DNA from: Lama glama
Taxonomy: Eukaryota
Assembly: GCA_028534125.1 (NCBI GenBank)
Contig: CM052817.1
Location: 47,618,001-47,682,000, forward strand
Reading direction: 5' to 3'
DNA length: 64,000 nucleotides
Below, piece after piece: positions 1 to 13,074 of this stretch (position 1 is the stretch's first letter; each line of letters opens with the position of its first letter). A model generated the notes under the pieces. It was not told the DNA's origin, made no database searches, and was given only the letters and a program-made list of their open reading frames with translations. A program made the position numbers and the translations under genes.

Positions 1-1194
1 TAAAATGCTTGGTACGAGCCTCCTCTACCATTTCTTCATCTTTGATTCTGGAGAGAAAACAGACATAACAGGCTAAACTTTGTGATCGCCATTTAGGGCC
101 CCAAATTACCCCAACTTCCTCAGACTCTTGTTCTTTCTGTAGGAAAGGAGCGTATGTCTTCAGCAAGAGAAGTCAAGGGATGAGGTTATTTACAATCCTT
201 TCTTCCTGGAATTGTGTTTGCGAAAACACTAACCGTGGATTACTCTGGGAGAAGAAAGAGTTGAACATCATCATAGTTTTTTTGCTTATTTATATTTCTC
301 AACTTTTTTCCTGTTTCCAGATTTTTTTACAATCTGGAAAAAAATGTCTTCGTATTATCGTCTGAATTCAACTATAGAGCATAAAACCAGATGACATAGC
401 TTAAGTTCTTCTTATAAATTTGCAATCATAAGTTAAATACTGAGCAGTAAAGGTATTATTTTACCCAAAATAGTTCTGTCTTCCAAATTTCAATTAGGAA
501 AGAATTCAGAAAGACTCTAATCTGCTAGGTTTAGATACACTGTTTCACACATATCACATGAAGAATCTGAAAGAAGAGTCTATGTTCTTTACCCTTGGAT
601 CAAACACCCATTGAAGGGATGAAGCTGGCAATAAAGTGTCACCAAGCATTGGCTACTGGACTGCTAGACACACCACAGTCAGCTACGGCCAGCAGCCTCC
701 ATGTTTGGCATCCTTCTCTCTTTGGGCTTTCCCTATTGCCTCTATCATTATTGTTAATATTAATTTCACTGTGTTCTTCATGTTTTGTTTCTAGGAATTT
801 ATACAAGGACTTAAGGACAGGAAGATGGTGGTATTTACTTCTACCTATGTTGGACTAAACTCTGATGATTACCATTAAAAGGTATTACAGTTATTTAGTA
901 GTTAGTAATCCAGTTATTTAGTGACTAGTAAGCAGTTATGACAACTTAGATTGCTAAAATAATTGAAGAGGAGAGAGACAGAAAAGAGCAAGAACAGAAA
1001 TGCTGTAAACACACATGCTCAAATTAGGGGTGAAGCGTTGGCAGTAACTATGAGACATACAGTAAAAATGCCTAATATTTAAATTTTCAGAGCATTTTCA
1101 AATATATCATCCTCAGATACCAACATCATGGAAATATAGATGTCCTTCGTTTTTCGACCACCTTCTAACAACTAAAATCAGCAGTCATTCAATG

Positions 1195-1500
1195 GCAAAA
1201 GTGCCTCTGAAGGAGCTGGGGGATCCGGCACTGAGGCCAAGGGACCCAGGAGGAGTCTCACCCACCTGTGCATTGGTTACTAGGCAGACAGACCTCACGG
1301 GGGCTGTGAAACCAACAGGAGCCCATGAAATGGTCCCAACCCCACATAGCCACAGTCTGGGAACACCTGCAGAGTGCTGAATTGGGAAAACACCCACAGA
1401 AGAGACAACATTTGTAAAAGTCCAGGTTGAGGAGAGATTCCAGCACTCTGATGGATCAAAAAGATTTTGGAAGCATCAGAGAGGGTAAGAGGAACCTTGC
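1195..1500 (+). mobile_element. Old L1 (L1M-type) 5'-UTR fragment
   Basis: Motifs such as gtgcctctgaaggagctgggggatcc and aaagtccaggttgaggagagattccagcac...gagggtaagaggaac resemble L1M/L1MA 5' ends and the L1 5' region at 37.2-37.9 kb. Confidence 0.5.
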
Positions 1501-1519
1501 CAGCACCACCTCTTCAGAT

Positions 1520-2600
1520 CTGGTGCTGATTAATGGCCAGTATTGGGAAAGAATCCTTGAACTTTTCTCTGGAGAAAGAAGATTGGGTTCCCATTAATCT
1601 GTATTGTAAGCAAAAGAAAAGACACATTGCCTGGAGTGATACTGTAAGTTTTACTAATGTATTGTGTGCCAAACAATACATAAATCTCTGTCACAGCTAA
1701 ATGGTGTAATAGAGGGTTTGTAATTTGATTGAAATAATTAAATGAAAATCAGACAATGCAAATGATGCTCCTTGAGATAGAGAAATGTTTTAAGAAGCTG
1801 AGCTGAAGCCTCTAACTGATACAAAACCTGTGAAAATGGATTATCTAGAGGAGGACGTGAATTTGACTTTAGAAACATTGCACATTCAATTAACTGTCTC
1901 CATCAAATCGTGTAAGTTTCAAATAACTGCACAATTGACCGTAACAGTAATTGAGATGGCAAAAGGATATCAAAAGATCTTGAAAAAGCTATAGTCACCA
2001 TGGTCATGCTTTATTCCTACACTTCACTGGGCAGTTCAAATCTTGGTGGTCATCAAGGTATTAGGAACATTGTTCTTTGCTTAAAAAAATTAAGGAGTGT
2101 GGTAAGATAAATAATACTAACTTCAGAATTTTGTGGTAAAGAAATATTAGCTGAGGTCAGAGAGTGAATTGATTGAAGATGTTAAAGCAGCTGGCCAGTA
2201 AGCCGCTCCTTCCCAAACATCAGGAGATGCCCCCAGAGAAAGAAAAAAAGGCTGATGACTCAGACTAGTGTTCTTGTGGACATCATAATTGGACCTCCAG
2301 GTAGAGTAATGGTATTTTCTAAGAGAATGAGCCTTATCTATTTAAAGGTTTTAATAGGATATTCCTGTGTAAGTCTTGCTCATAGTAAATAAATACTGAA
2401 TCTATGGATTTATGAGGTATAACTCCCTAGGAAATATCATGTAAGCTGGGGTGTAAAATGGAGACCAAACACTCTGCTGTGATGCGTTCATGGACTGAAC
2501 ACTTTGCTGTGACGGGTAATATCCATCTAACTTGGAGACCTCATCTATTATTCTGAGCCAGAGTAAGCATCTAATGCAGGAAGAGGCGTCCTAAAGCCAT
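1520..2600 (+). mobile_element. Possible ancient CR1/L3-like LINE reverse-transcriptase remnant
   Basis: Broken-frame peptides in RT order: EDWVPINLYCKQK (~1578), VSFTNVLC, MDYLEE..KSC, KIKECG, QRV-like, SG.P-like and ADD (gctgatgac at 2251). Very decayed. Confidence 0.35.
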
Positions 2601-3074
2601 CTTCAATGTCCCAGACCTCCTTTGATTAAGTACCTTAATTGCCTATATCCTTGAAATTATGAAGTCATGAAATTGAGTAGGATCTCTGATTTTAAAGATG
2701 GTAATTCAGGTTTCAGCTATAAAATACAATATGCACAGAGAACTGAATATTCATTCACATCTGTATATCTGGAAATGCACAATCTAATATTTCAGTCTAT
2801 CTTCTACCAATATTTTTACTTTATATTTTTACATAAATATCCTGGGGAGAATGATAATATTATTTTCAAGGAGGCAACACATTCTATTGAGGTAAGAACT
2901 GTTTCATTTAGAAAAATACTTAGAGAAGTTCTCTTTGTATGAAAATGGATGCAGTCTTATCCTCTAGGGTATAATGATGTTGAATAGAATAACCAAAGAT
3001 ACAGTTAAGTACTTTATTATTCTTAAATTCTTTATTACTTTAAGTGCTTAATTACCATTGAGTATTTTCACTTC

Positions 3075-3280
3075 ATCTCTGTGCTGGATACTATGTTAAT
3101 TGCTTTATGTGTGTCAACCCATTTAATCTTCCCAGTAGGAGATGGCTACTAATTATATCTTGACTTAATATATAAGGAAAGAAAAATAGGAAAATGTTAA
3201 GTCATCTGACCCAGGCTCCACAGCTAACAACTGGAAGAGTTGGGAAACATACAGAGAGGGTCTCCTAAGACTGTGAAGGT
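3075..3280 (-). mobile_element. MIR SINE
   Basis: catttaatctt...gttaagtcatctgacccaggctccacagcta matches the reverse MIR core. Confidence 0.7.
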
Positions 3281-3841
3281 CAGCAACATAGCTGAGGATG
3301 GGGTGGTGGCGTGGGCAACTGGAGAGTTGGAAACTAACCAGAATACAGTTCCATGGGATGGATATGGCCAAGGACCTTCGAAAATGTATCATGCCTAATA
3401 TTTCATTTTAAACTAATTTTTGTACTATTCCCTACCTATAGTTCCATACTATCAGCAAGTCTATTAAATATGACTATCTCTGTGGGAGATATTTTTTAGT
3501 TATCAAGGGAAGTGTTCTAATGTTTGGGTTAGTGTAGGGCAGAGAGAAAAGAGCAGCAATCAATGAAGAGATAGAAACAGGAATGCTTCTTATAGATCCC
3601 AAGGATTCCTGGAGGTACTGTGGTGGGGGAGACAAGAGGGTGCTGGATTCTCCAAAGCACGTGGGATGAAGACAATTTCGTTCAAATATAACGGCTCCAT
3701 TGAACAAGCATGGCTTGTGGGATGCACCATAAAAGCAACTATATTTATATTCTGCTGACCCTTTAATTTTATTATCTGAGGCTAATTTCCCCATTGCCCC
3801 TGGGTAAAATTTGAAAGAAGTCTTATTATTTTCTAATCATT

Positions 3842-5841
3842 TTCTTTTTTTTTCATATGTATATTTTTTTACTGAAGCATAGTTAGTTTACAATGTTGTA
3901 TCAATTTCTGGTGTACAGCATAATGCTTCAGTCATACATGAACATACATATATTTGTTTTCATATTCTTTTCACCATAAGTTATTATAAGATACTGAATA
4001 TAGTTTCCTGTGCTATACAGTATGAACTTGCTGTTTACCTACTTTATATATAGTAGTCAATATCTGCAAATCTCGACCCCCCAATTTATCCGTTTCCACT
4101 CCCTTCCCAACCCCAGTAGCCATAAGTTGTTTTCTATGTCTGTGAGTCTGTTTCTGTTTTATAGATAAATTCATTTGTCCTTTTTTTTTTAGATTCCACA
4201 TATAAGTGATATCATATGGTATCGTTCTTTCTCTTTCTGGCTTACTTCACTTAGAATGACAATCTCCAGGTCCATCCATGTTGTTGCAAATGGCATTATT
4301 TTATCCTTTCTTATGGCTGAGTAGTGTTCTGTTGTATAAATATACCACATCTTCTTTATCCAGTCATTTGTTGATGGATATTTAAGTTGTTTCCATGTCT
4401 TGGCTATTGTGAATAATGCTGCTATGAACACTGGGGTGTATGTATCTTTTCAAATTAAGGTTCCCTTTGGATATATGCCTAGGAGTGGGATTGCTGGGTC
4501 ACATGATAAGTCTATTTTTAGTCTTTTGGGGAATCTCCATACTGTTTTCCATAGTAACTACACCAAACTACATTACCACCAGCAGTGTAGGAGGGTGCCC
4601 TTTCCTCCACACCCTCTCCAGCATTTATTGTTTGTGGTCTTTTGGATGATGGCCATTCTGACTCGTGTGAGGTTATACCTTATTGTAGTTTTCATTTGCA
4701 TTTTTCTGATAATTAATGATATTGAGCTTTTTTTCATGTGCCTATTGCTTGTTTAGGTTTTCTGCCCATAAGTTGAATGAGCTATTTATATATTGTCAGT
4801 CTCATCTTTTGCAAATATTTTCTCCCATTCCATAGGTTGTCTTTTTATTTTGCTTATGGTTTCCTTTGCTGTGCAAGATCTTGTAAGTTTAATTAGGTCC
4901 TATTTGTTTATTTTTACTTTTATTTCTATTGCCTGGGTAGACTGCCTTAGGAGAAGATTGCTAAGATTTATGTCAGATAATGTGTTGCCTATGTTTTCTT
5001 CTAAGAGGTGTATAGTGTCTTTTCTTATGTTCAATCTTTAAGCCCTTTTGAGTTTATTTTTGTATATGATGTGAGGGAGTGTTCTAACTTTTTTGATTCA
5101 CATGCAGCTGTCCAGTTATCCCAACACCATTTGCTGAAGAGACTGTCTTTACTCTATTGTATGTTCTTGCCTCCTTTGTCAAAGATTAATTGACCAAAAG
5201 TTTGTGGTTTCATTTTGTGGCTCTCTATTCTGTTCCATTGATTCGTATGTCTGTTTTTGTACCAATACCATTCTGTTTTGATTACTGTAGCTCTGTAGTA
5301 TTGTCTGAAGTCTGGGAGGGTTATTCCTCCAGCTTCATTCTTTTTCTTCAGTATTGCTTTGGTAATTCTGGGTCTTTTGTGATTCCATATAAAGTTTAGG
5401 ATTATTTGTTGTAGTTCTGTGAAAAATTGCCTGGGTAATTTGATAGGAATCACATTAAATCTGTAGACTGCCTTGGGCAGTATGGCCATTTTAACAATAT
5501 TAATTCTTCCAGTAGAAGAACATGGGATAGCTTTCCATTTCTTTAAGTCATTTTTAACTTCCTTAGTCAATGTTTTGTAGTTCTCCACGTATAAGTTTTT
5601 CACTTCCTTGGTCAGATTTATTCCTAAGTATTTTAGTTTTTTGGATGCAATTCTAAAAGGGATTGTTTCTTTACTTTCCTTTTCTAATACTGCATTGTTA
5701 GTGTAAAGAAATGCAGCTGATTTCTGTACGTTAATCTTGTAAGCTGCTACCTTGCTGAATTCTTTTGTCAGCTCTAGTAGTTTTTGTGTGGGGACTTCAG
5801 GGTTTTCTATATATAGTATCATGTCATCCACATATAATGAC
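3842..5841 (-). mobile_element. Lineage-specific L1: 3' UTR and C-terminal ORF2 (RT to C-terminus), 5'-truncated at the RT catalytic motif
   Basis: ORF 5154-5861 reads [13 protein letters not shown]...[11 protein letters not shown]...GGITLPDF...WYWYKNR; ORF 4189-4431 reads [15 protein letters not shown]...WYIYT; poly-T tail at ~3842-3870. Confidence 0.95.
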
Positions 5842-5844
5842 TCA

Positions 5845-6034
5845 AATATTGTATTTTTCATCTCTGGTTGTTCTTTATATTTTCTAACTCTTTGTTAAAA
5901 ACCTCTCTGTGCATCCATTCTCCTGAGTTCTTTCATCACCTTTACGATCATTGCTCTGAACTCTGTCTCAGATGGATTTGCCTATCTCCACGTCACTTGG
6001 TTCTTCTTCTTCTGGGGTTTTATCTTGTTCCTTC
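5845..6034 (-). mobile_element. L1 ORF1-start region, interrupted by the LTR at 6035
   Basis: T-rich L1 antisense sequence (tttacgatcattgctctgaactct...ggggttttatcttgttccttc) that resumes after the LTR at 6669. Confidence 0.7.
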
Positions 6035-6668
6035 TGTTACTGAACCAAACTTGGGTCTGCTTGCCAGGGCATTGCAGTAAACTGAATCTACTGACACCAG
6101 TGTGCGGTGAAGGAAAGCACAGCGTTTATTGCAGAGCACCAGGCAGAGTCCAGGGAAGCTACTGCTTAAAAGGCTAGAGCTCCCTGAAGGCTTTCAGGGA
6201 AAGGTTTCTAAAGATAGGATGAGGAAGCGGGGTTGTGGGATGCGTGATCAGCTCGTAGGCATTTTCTGATTGGTTGGTGGTGAGGTAATTGGGAGTCAGC
6301 ATCATCAACCTTCTGGTTCCAGCTGGTCTGGGGTCTAAGGGCGTGTGGGTGACACACGGTTAACTTCTTCCACCTGGTGGGGGTTCCAGTCTCTGCAAAA
6401 CAGCTCATTGGACATGGCTTAGAATATTATCTGTAGCCCTTGAGGAGGAACTAAAGGTCCTTGAGTTTGTTTAATGGCAAAACTATTATTATTTTGTCTT
6501 GTTTGACTGTTTTCCTTTCTTTCTGCATTTTCTCACTTCTCTGATTAAGTGTACTCTTTGGAATTCAGAGAAGCCTGGAAGACTAAAGGTTCCCTACAGA
6601 TAAGAGACAGGTGGAGGATATGAAGAGGTGTGTTCTGGGAAGGCCCCACAGGGTCCTGCTTGGTTATA
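6035..6668 (-). mobile_element. Solo ERV1 LTR, MER41-like
   Basis: Starts tgttac, ends ggttata (decayed CA), with 4-bp TSD CTTC at 6031-6034 and 6669-6672. Reverse poly(A) signal tttatt at ~6125. Sequence resembles laurasiatherian MER41-type LTRs. Confidence 0.85.
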
Positions 6669-8315
6669 CTTCATCTAGAACATGTTCCTCTGCTGCCTTT
6701 TTTTGTCTAAGTTGCTGTTGGTATTTTTATATATGAATTAGTTACATTCTCGACCTCAGAGAAGGGGCCTCTATAGGAGATGTCTCCTGAATCGTGGCAG
6801 TGCACTCCTCTCTCATCGCCTCTCTAGGGGTTCCCCCTAAAAGGACTGCATGGGCCCTTCTGCTGCGGCAGGCTAGGTGGGTGGTCTGGTAGGCTTGGTT
6901 GGCCCCTAAGGCCCTGCCTTGTGTGGGTACTGTGGCTGTCGATTAGCCGGGCCTGGTCACAAGGCAGTCAGCTGCAGAAGCCTAGGACCCTTGCAACGTG
7001 TGCTGGCTCCCTGGTGGGTGGAGCCGGGGTCCTGAAGACTCCAGGGCTGTTGCCTGCCCACCGGCTGCAGCAGAAAGCCAGGTCCTAGGGTGAGTGCCAG
7101 ACTCCTGGCATGCTCTGGAGTCTAGCTGCAGGGCCCAGGGATCCCAGGACTGGTGTCAGATCACTTTGAGATGGGATACGTCCTGACACGGTTGCTCTGG
7201 GGGGTTGTCTTCCTGATGCAGGACCCCCAGACTGGGAAGCCTGACAAGTGGCTCAGAACTCCCACTCCTATGGGAGAACCTCCATAACATATGGGGTCTG
7301 GGATGTAAGGAAGCTCACATTGGCCTACTAGTGGGCAGGGCCAGGGCCCAGCCGGTCCAAGGGTAGGATCTGGCCTATTGTGGGTGGGCTGGCTCCAGAG
7401 GCTGCAGGACTGTGGCTTTTGTGGGTCTGCTGTCTGCCCCCTGGTGGGTGAGGCTGGTCTAGAGGCTTGTGCAGGCTTCCTGGAGGGCAGGGCCAGTGCC
7501 TGCCCACTGGTGGGGTGGGGGCTGGGTCTTGGCCCTCTGGCGTGCAGGGCCTTGTACTGAAGCTTGTTTAGAGGCTGCTGTGGGCTCAGGAAGTAGTCGG
7601 CTGGTGGGTGGGGCTGCGTCTCCACCCAATCAGTTGTCTGGCCTGAGGTGTCCCGGCACTGGCGCTCATAGGCAGTTGGGTGGCGCCAGGTGTTGGCACT
7701 AATGAGCTGGAAGGCGGGTCTCACCTTGTTGCCGGCCAGAACCGCTTCCAAGCTGTGGAATGAGCTTGCGAGTATGGCTGCCGCTGGCGTCTTTGTCCCC
7801 GGGGTGAGCCGCAGCCACCCCTCACCTCTCCAGAAGACCCTCCAAAATGAGCAGGTAGGTCTGGCTCATGCTTCTGTCAAATTAACGCTTTTGCCCTGGG
7901 TCTCGGTGCAAGTGAGGTTTTGTATGCGCATTTAGGAGTGAAGTCTCTATTTCCTCCAGTCCTGTGGGGCTCCTGAAATTAAGCCCTGCTGGCCTTCAAA
8001 ACCAAATGTTCTGGGGGCTTGTCTTCCTGGTGCAGGACCCCCAGACTGGGAAGCCCGACGCAGGGCTCATAACTCACTCCTGCGGGAGAACCTCGGCAGT
8101 GTAGTTATTCTCCAGTTTGTGGGTCGCGCACCTGGGATATGGGGCTTGCTTATATCACAAGTCCACCCCTCCTACCGGGCTCATTGTGGTTCCTGCTTTG
8201 TGTGTTAAGTTGTAAATGTCTTCTGGTGGGTTTCAGTCTCTTTCACGGACAGTTGTTCTGTAGGTAGTTGTGATTTTGTTGTGCTTCTGAGAGGAAGTAA
8301 GCTGAAGGTCTTCTG
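6669..8315 (-). mobile_element. L1 GC-rich 5' UTR/promoter region
   Basis: Repeated gcctgcccactggtggg / ctggtgggtgaggctgg motifs typical of laurasiatherian L1 5' UTRs; ends near the consensus 5' terminus (aagctgaaggtcttct). Confidence 0.8.
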
Positions 8316-8324
8316 GCTTTATTT

Positions 8325-9200
8325 ACATCAGTATGGTTTTAATTTGCATTTCCCTAATAATAATGGTGGTGAGCATGTTTCCATGTGTTTATTTGCTATG
8401 TGTGTATCTTTATTGGGTGTTTGTTTAAATCTTTTGCCAAGCTTTCACTGGGTTGTTTGTTTTCTTAATATTGAATTTTGCAAGATTTTTTTATATAATC
8501 TGGATGCAATTCATTTATCAGATGTGTGGTTTGCAAATATTTTCTCCCAATCTGTCCTTCACCAGTTTTCTCCTACAAAATACCCTCTCCAGGTGTTCAC
8601 TGCACTCTTGGCGTCTCTAAATTTTTTCAGCGGTGGGTGGTGGAAGGTCAGCTAAGACTTACTGAATCATTTATTAGCCTTCACCTTTCTATGTCCTAGT
8701 TAGGTTGTATATCAGTAAGGGTTCAGTCAGGCTTTTGAAGAGTTGAAGTTCTCAGTTTTTATCAAGTCCAATTTATGAATTTTATCTTTTCCTAACCCAG
8801 ATCACAAATAGTTTCTCTTATTTTTGTCTTTTTTATTGTTGAAGTTTGACATTAGGTCTCTGATCCATTTTAAGTTAATTTTTGTCCCAGCATCATGTTG
8901 CCTTTGTGAATGTAGCTGTATAGAAAGCCTAAGCAACAAGTAGAGTGATTCCTTCCACTTTATCCTTCTTTTTAAAGTTGTTTTATTCTAGACCCTGTGC
9001 CTTTCCATGTAAAGGTTAGAATAAAGTTGCCTATGTCCACAAAAAATCCTTGTGTGGATTTTAATAGAAATGCAATAAATGTGTAGATCAGTGTGGGGAT
9101 AGATACATACATCAGTGGAACAGAATAGAGAACCCAGAAACAGACCCACACAAACATGTCCAACTGTTTTTTGACAAATATGCGGAAGCAATTTAATAGA
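8325..9200. mobile_element. Fragments of older L1 ORF2/3' region in mixed orientation
   Basis: ttaatttgcatttccctaa, tttgcaaatattttctccca and atcagtggaacagaatagagaacccagaaa are L1 ORF2-derived motifs. Confidence 0.7.
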
Positions 9201-9645
9201 ATTATGCTAAGCGGAAAAGATCAATCTCAAAAATTTTCATGTTATATGATTTTTTTATATAACATTATAGAGATCACAAAATTCTAGAAATGGAGACTAT
9301 ATTAGTGGTTCCCAGGGCTTAAGGAGGCTGGAGAGTGGGAGGTGGCTGTTGCTATGGATGGGTAGCGTGAGGGATCCTTGTGATGAAATTGTTCAGTATT
9401 CTGACAGTTGTGGTGGTCAAACAAATCTGCACATATTATAAAATTGCATATAACTAAATGTGTAAACACACAGAAGAGTACATAAAACTGGTAAAATCTG
9501 AGCAATTCCAATGGTTGCAGTTTTATACTATAGTTATGTAAGATGTTACATTTTGGGAAACTTGGTGAACAGTATCTCTCTGTATTATTTCTAATAACTG
9601 TGTGTGAATCTACAGTTAACTCAAGACAAAATGTTTAAAAAAAGA
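9200..9645 (+). mobile_element. L1MD-like 3' end
   Basis: attatgctaag...gagggatccttgtgatg...tctctctgtattatttct...tgtgaatctacagtt. Confidence 0.75.
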
Positions 9646-10937
9646 GAATGGAAGAGAAATGATTCGATTTTATTTACCTTTGTTTCTTGAGTTCCTGGGG
9701 GGAAAAATATTGTATGCGTTCATGTACTACTGTTTGGATGATAGCCTTTTAAAACCTGTTAGTGGTATTATGCATGCAAATTCTCACTCTAAAATAAAGC
9801 ATACAGCCAGTGAGTCAACATGATCAACTTTTATTACAAATTAGCTACAATTAAGAAATAAAAGCATGCTTTTTAAAATTATGTTTGAATGATGGATAAG
9901 ACCGCCCATTACGGAAGAACTTCAAAAAACTAAAACATGATCATTTATGTCTGATAAATTATGACATGTCCTGTGGAACAAACATTAAGAGACAATACAT
10001 CAATTATACTTTTATAAGGATCAGATACCATTATTTTCCCAAGTTTTATGCACTTTCTATTTTTAATACAAGAATGGTTCTATAAAGAAAAGAGGAAATG
10101 TCACCACCATGTCACCCCAACACATACACACAATATAAATGACCTTTAAAATCCAGAGATTGAAATTGAGATTGAAAACTAAACCTAATTTACACTCACT
10201 TTATCTGACTGAAATATCCTCTAGGCAAATCTATTTTTTATAAGAATACGTCATTTAATACTGGCTCCCTTAGAGCTAAAATGTGTGAAAAACTGCCATA
10301 GCAAAACAGGCAAACGGAATGAAGTGAAAATTAAAGCCTCAGGGAGAGTTTGCATTAGAAATCAGGACACATCTGTGCCAAGAGAAATGCTGGTTCCAGA
10401 TGGAGCCCTTATCTGAGCAGTGAGCTCCTGCAGTGAAGGTTGTAAGTGGGTGCCTATCAAGCTCTGCAGTACTTCCAGATTGAGTGTTAAAGACTGGCAA
10501 AATGAATGACATTTAGGGTGCTAATTAATATTCTACCTCCTTTTAAAAGAACTTCATTTGCTCCAGGACTGAAATCATGGACAGAATGTTAATTGTGTGC
10601 TCCCTCATTAAAGGTCATTTGGAAAGAGGTCACAAGAGACCTCAGTTATGTGAGTGTGGTGATTAGGAGAGTGGTTGAGTGTTCCTTCTCTTTATATGTA
10701 ATTCTACCTTTTATTAGATTTAGCAGTAAATTGTCCATTTACCTAGCCCACCACAGCCCCTGGAAGAGGTGGTAGGTGTGCTCAAAGTATTTCTATAATA
10801 TGTTATATAGGGAGCAGGTGTTTTCCTAATAGTAGTTTATGCTGCGAACGGAAACATAATATATTCAGTGTCAAGTACCTGGGTTACATTGGTAAAAGCC
10901 TGGAAGAAAGGAACTCAGGGAAGAAGTATTTTTAAAA

Positions 10938-11263
10938 AAATGTTTTTATCGAAGTATAGTTGATTTACAATATTGTATTAATTTCTGGTTTACAGCAAAT
11001 TGATTCAGATTTTATATATATATATGTGTGTGTGTATATATATGTGTATGTGTGTGTATATATGTATATGTATTCTTTTTCAGATTCTTTTCCATTATAC
11101 TTTATTACAAGATGTTGAATGTCATTCCCAGTGCTATACAGTGCGACCTTGTTTATCTATCTTATATATAGTAGTTTGTATCTGCTAATCTCAAACTCCT
11201 AATTTCTCTCTCTCCCCTTTCCCCTTCGGTGAATATATGTTTGTTTCTATGTCTGTGAGTCTG
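10938..11263 (-). mobile_element. Truncated artiodactyl-type L1 3' end with (TA/TG)n microsatellite
   Basis: gaagtatagttgatttacaatattgt...ctatgtctgtgagtctgt; flanked by near-identical agggaagaagtattttt / aggaaaggagtattttt (decayed TSD). Confidence 0.85.
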
Positions 11264-13074
11264 TAGGAAAGGAGTATTTTTAAATAGAATGAATATGAGG
11301 ATGCACATAGAGGTGAATAATGGAAACCTAGAGACATGTAAAAAAGATGATTATTTTTAGAAAACATTTTGTCCTACATACCTGGGCAAGTCATTACTAG
11401 ATAACGTGGGGGTGGAGAAAACACTTTCTCATTTTGAAGAAAATACAAGATTCCACTTAGGTAATTTATTACTTTGTAATTAGAAGGGCAATATTTACAC
11501 TTTCTTGAAATTCTGTTTGCTGTAGGCAGCAACATTGAACAGACATTTTAAATATGTTTTGCTGACAGTGCATACGGCTTCTTTAATTACCGTTTATGAT
11601 TACATCATGGACCTACCATCTAAGAGAGCAGCAAAAGTGAGTGATGAGTGATCCTTTTCCCTGGATGACTCTCCCTCTGTCATGGCTTGGGTACATTAGG
11701 TTGTATTTATGCTAAAATGACTTGATCACTCTCAAGCCTGCCTTTTTGTCTAGCACTCACTTAACAATTTTCCTAAAGACTACTTTCTGTCTTTAGTCAT
11801 AGTGGCTCCTGTCTCCACTTTTCAATGCATCTGTACTTGCTAAGGCCACTTCCTAACAGTCAAAGCCAATGGCTTCTTTTCAGTCTGAATCTTGACTTCT
11901 TATCTGGTCTAACACATTTGATGCTTAAGATTCATTTTGGGGGTACGTGCTTGTTGCGGGGGGTAGTTCGTGTGCAGTTTTCTTAAAATGAAATATAAAT
12001 GAATATGTAAAATCAGTTTTATTAGAATATAACAGTTTGGTTATAAGGAAGAAAATAATGAGCTTTTCCTAAATATATATACAAAATAATGATCTTTTAC
12101 CCAATTTTCTTTCCTCTTGCAGTCAGTCTCTTCAGAGTATTTTTTTTCCAAGACATAGATGAAATTAGGTTATTTCATTCTTTAAAATACAAAAATAAGT
12201 TGGTGATAAACTGAAGGAAAAAGTCTCACAGAGAAGCATTTGATGACTTGCTGCATTTGGCATTTACCTATCTTTCTAGACGTAGGCCCTCTAGCCTCGG
12301 TGGCCCTTTTGCTATTTCCAAACACAGAGTATTTCATTCATTCCTTCCCGCCTTGGCTGTGCTGTCTGCTCTTTTTAGGATGCGCTCTTTCTCACAGCCA
12401 CAGGCTGCAACTCAGTCTTTAAAATTTGATGAAATGTCAGTTCCTGCATGACCCTCTGATCTTAGCAGTTAACGGCGCTCTTCCCCATGAATCCACAGCC
12501 TCTGCTGGGTGAGATTGCCAAACAGTTTTGACATGTATTGCATTCAAGTGTCTGAAACATGTTAGCTTATGAGAAACACTGGGGTGGGGAGGTTGTGTAA
12601 AAAAAAAATGCAAATTCTTGGAGAAGTAATGCCAAATCTATTGAATCATAATTTCTGTGGAGGATGTCCAGAATTGTTTTTCTCATCAAGTTTCAACATT
12701 ATTTGCCTCTAATATTTTACGACAGGTACTGCATAAAAATAACAGAAATAAAAAAGAACCTCCTTGACTCGTCCTAAGATTTTATCAATATTGTCATTTA
12801 TTCGTGAAACTTTATTTTCATTCACAAGTGTATTTAATGGTTATATATTTACAATATCATTGATATATTTTGTATTCCACTGCCTGATTAGTTTATGCAT
12901 TGGATATTTTCCGTGTGGCTACAGTCTTTTCTCCTCTACTTCCTTCCCAATTCTCACTCCCTCGACCATTATTACCAACTGTGTGAGACTACTGTGCATC
13001 ACTTCGAAACTTTCTCCATCTTTGATTCTGTAGTAACATATACACATATACATGTGTGTGTGTTTGTGTGTAAG

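Noticed and set aside
143..830. Two small plus-strand exon-like segments (ERSVCLQQEKSRDE; EFIQGLKDRKMV)
   Set aside because: Acceptors are plausible but donors are weak (gttatt, gtattt) and there is no recognisable homology.
5154..5861. Longest ORF (235 aa) as a host gene
   Set aside because: It is a truncated L1 ORF2 RT fragment; the first residues come from the junction with another L1 piece.
7161..7935. Cluster of GC-rich ORFs / apparent CpG island
   Set aside because: Lies within an L1 5' UTR.
9678..10494. Further minus-strand exon-like segments that might end the relic gene
   Set aside because: Splice-like sites are present, but translations show no convincing similarity to the final SLC35F helix; left unassigned.
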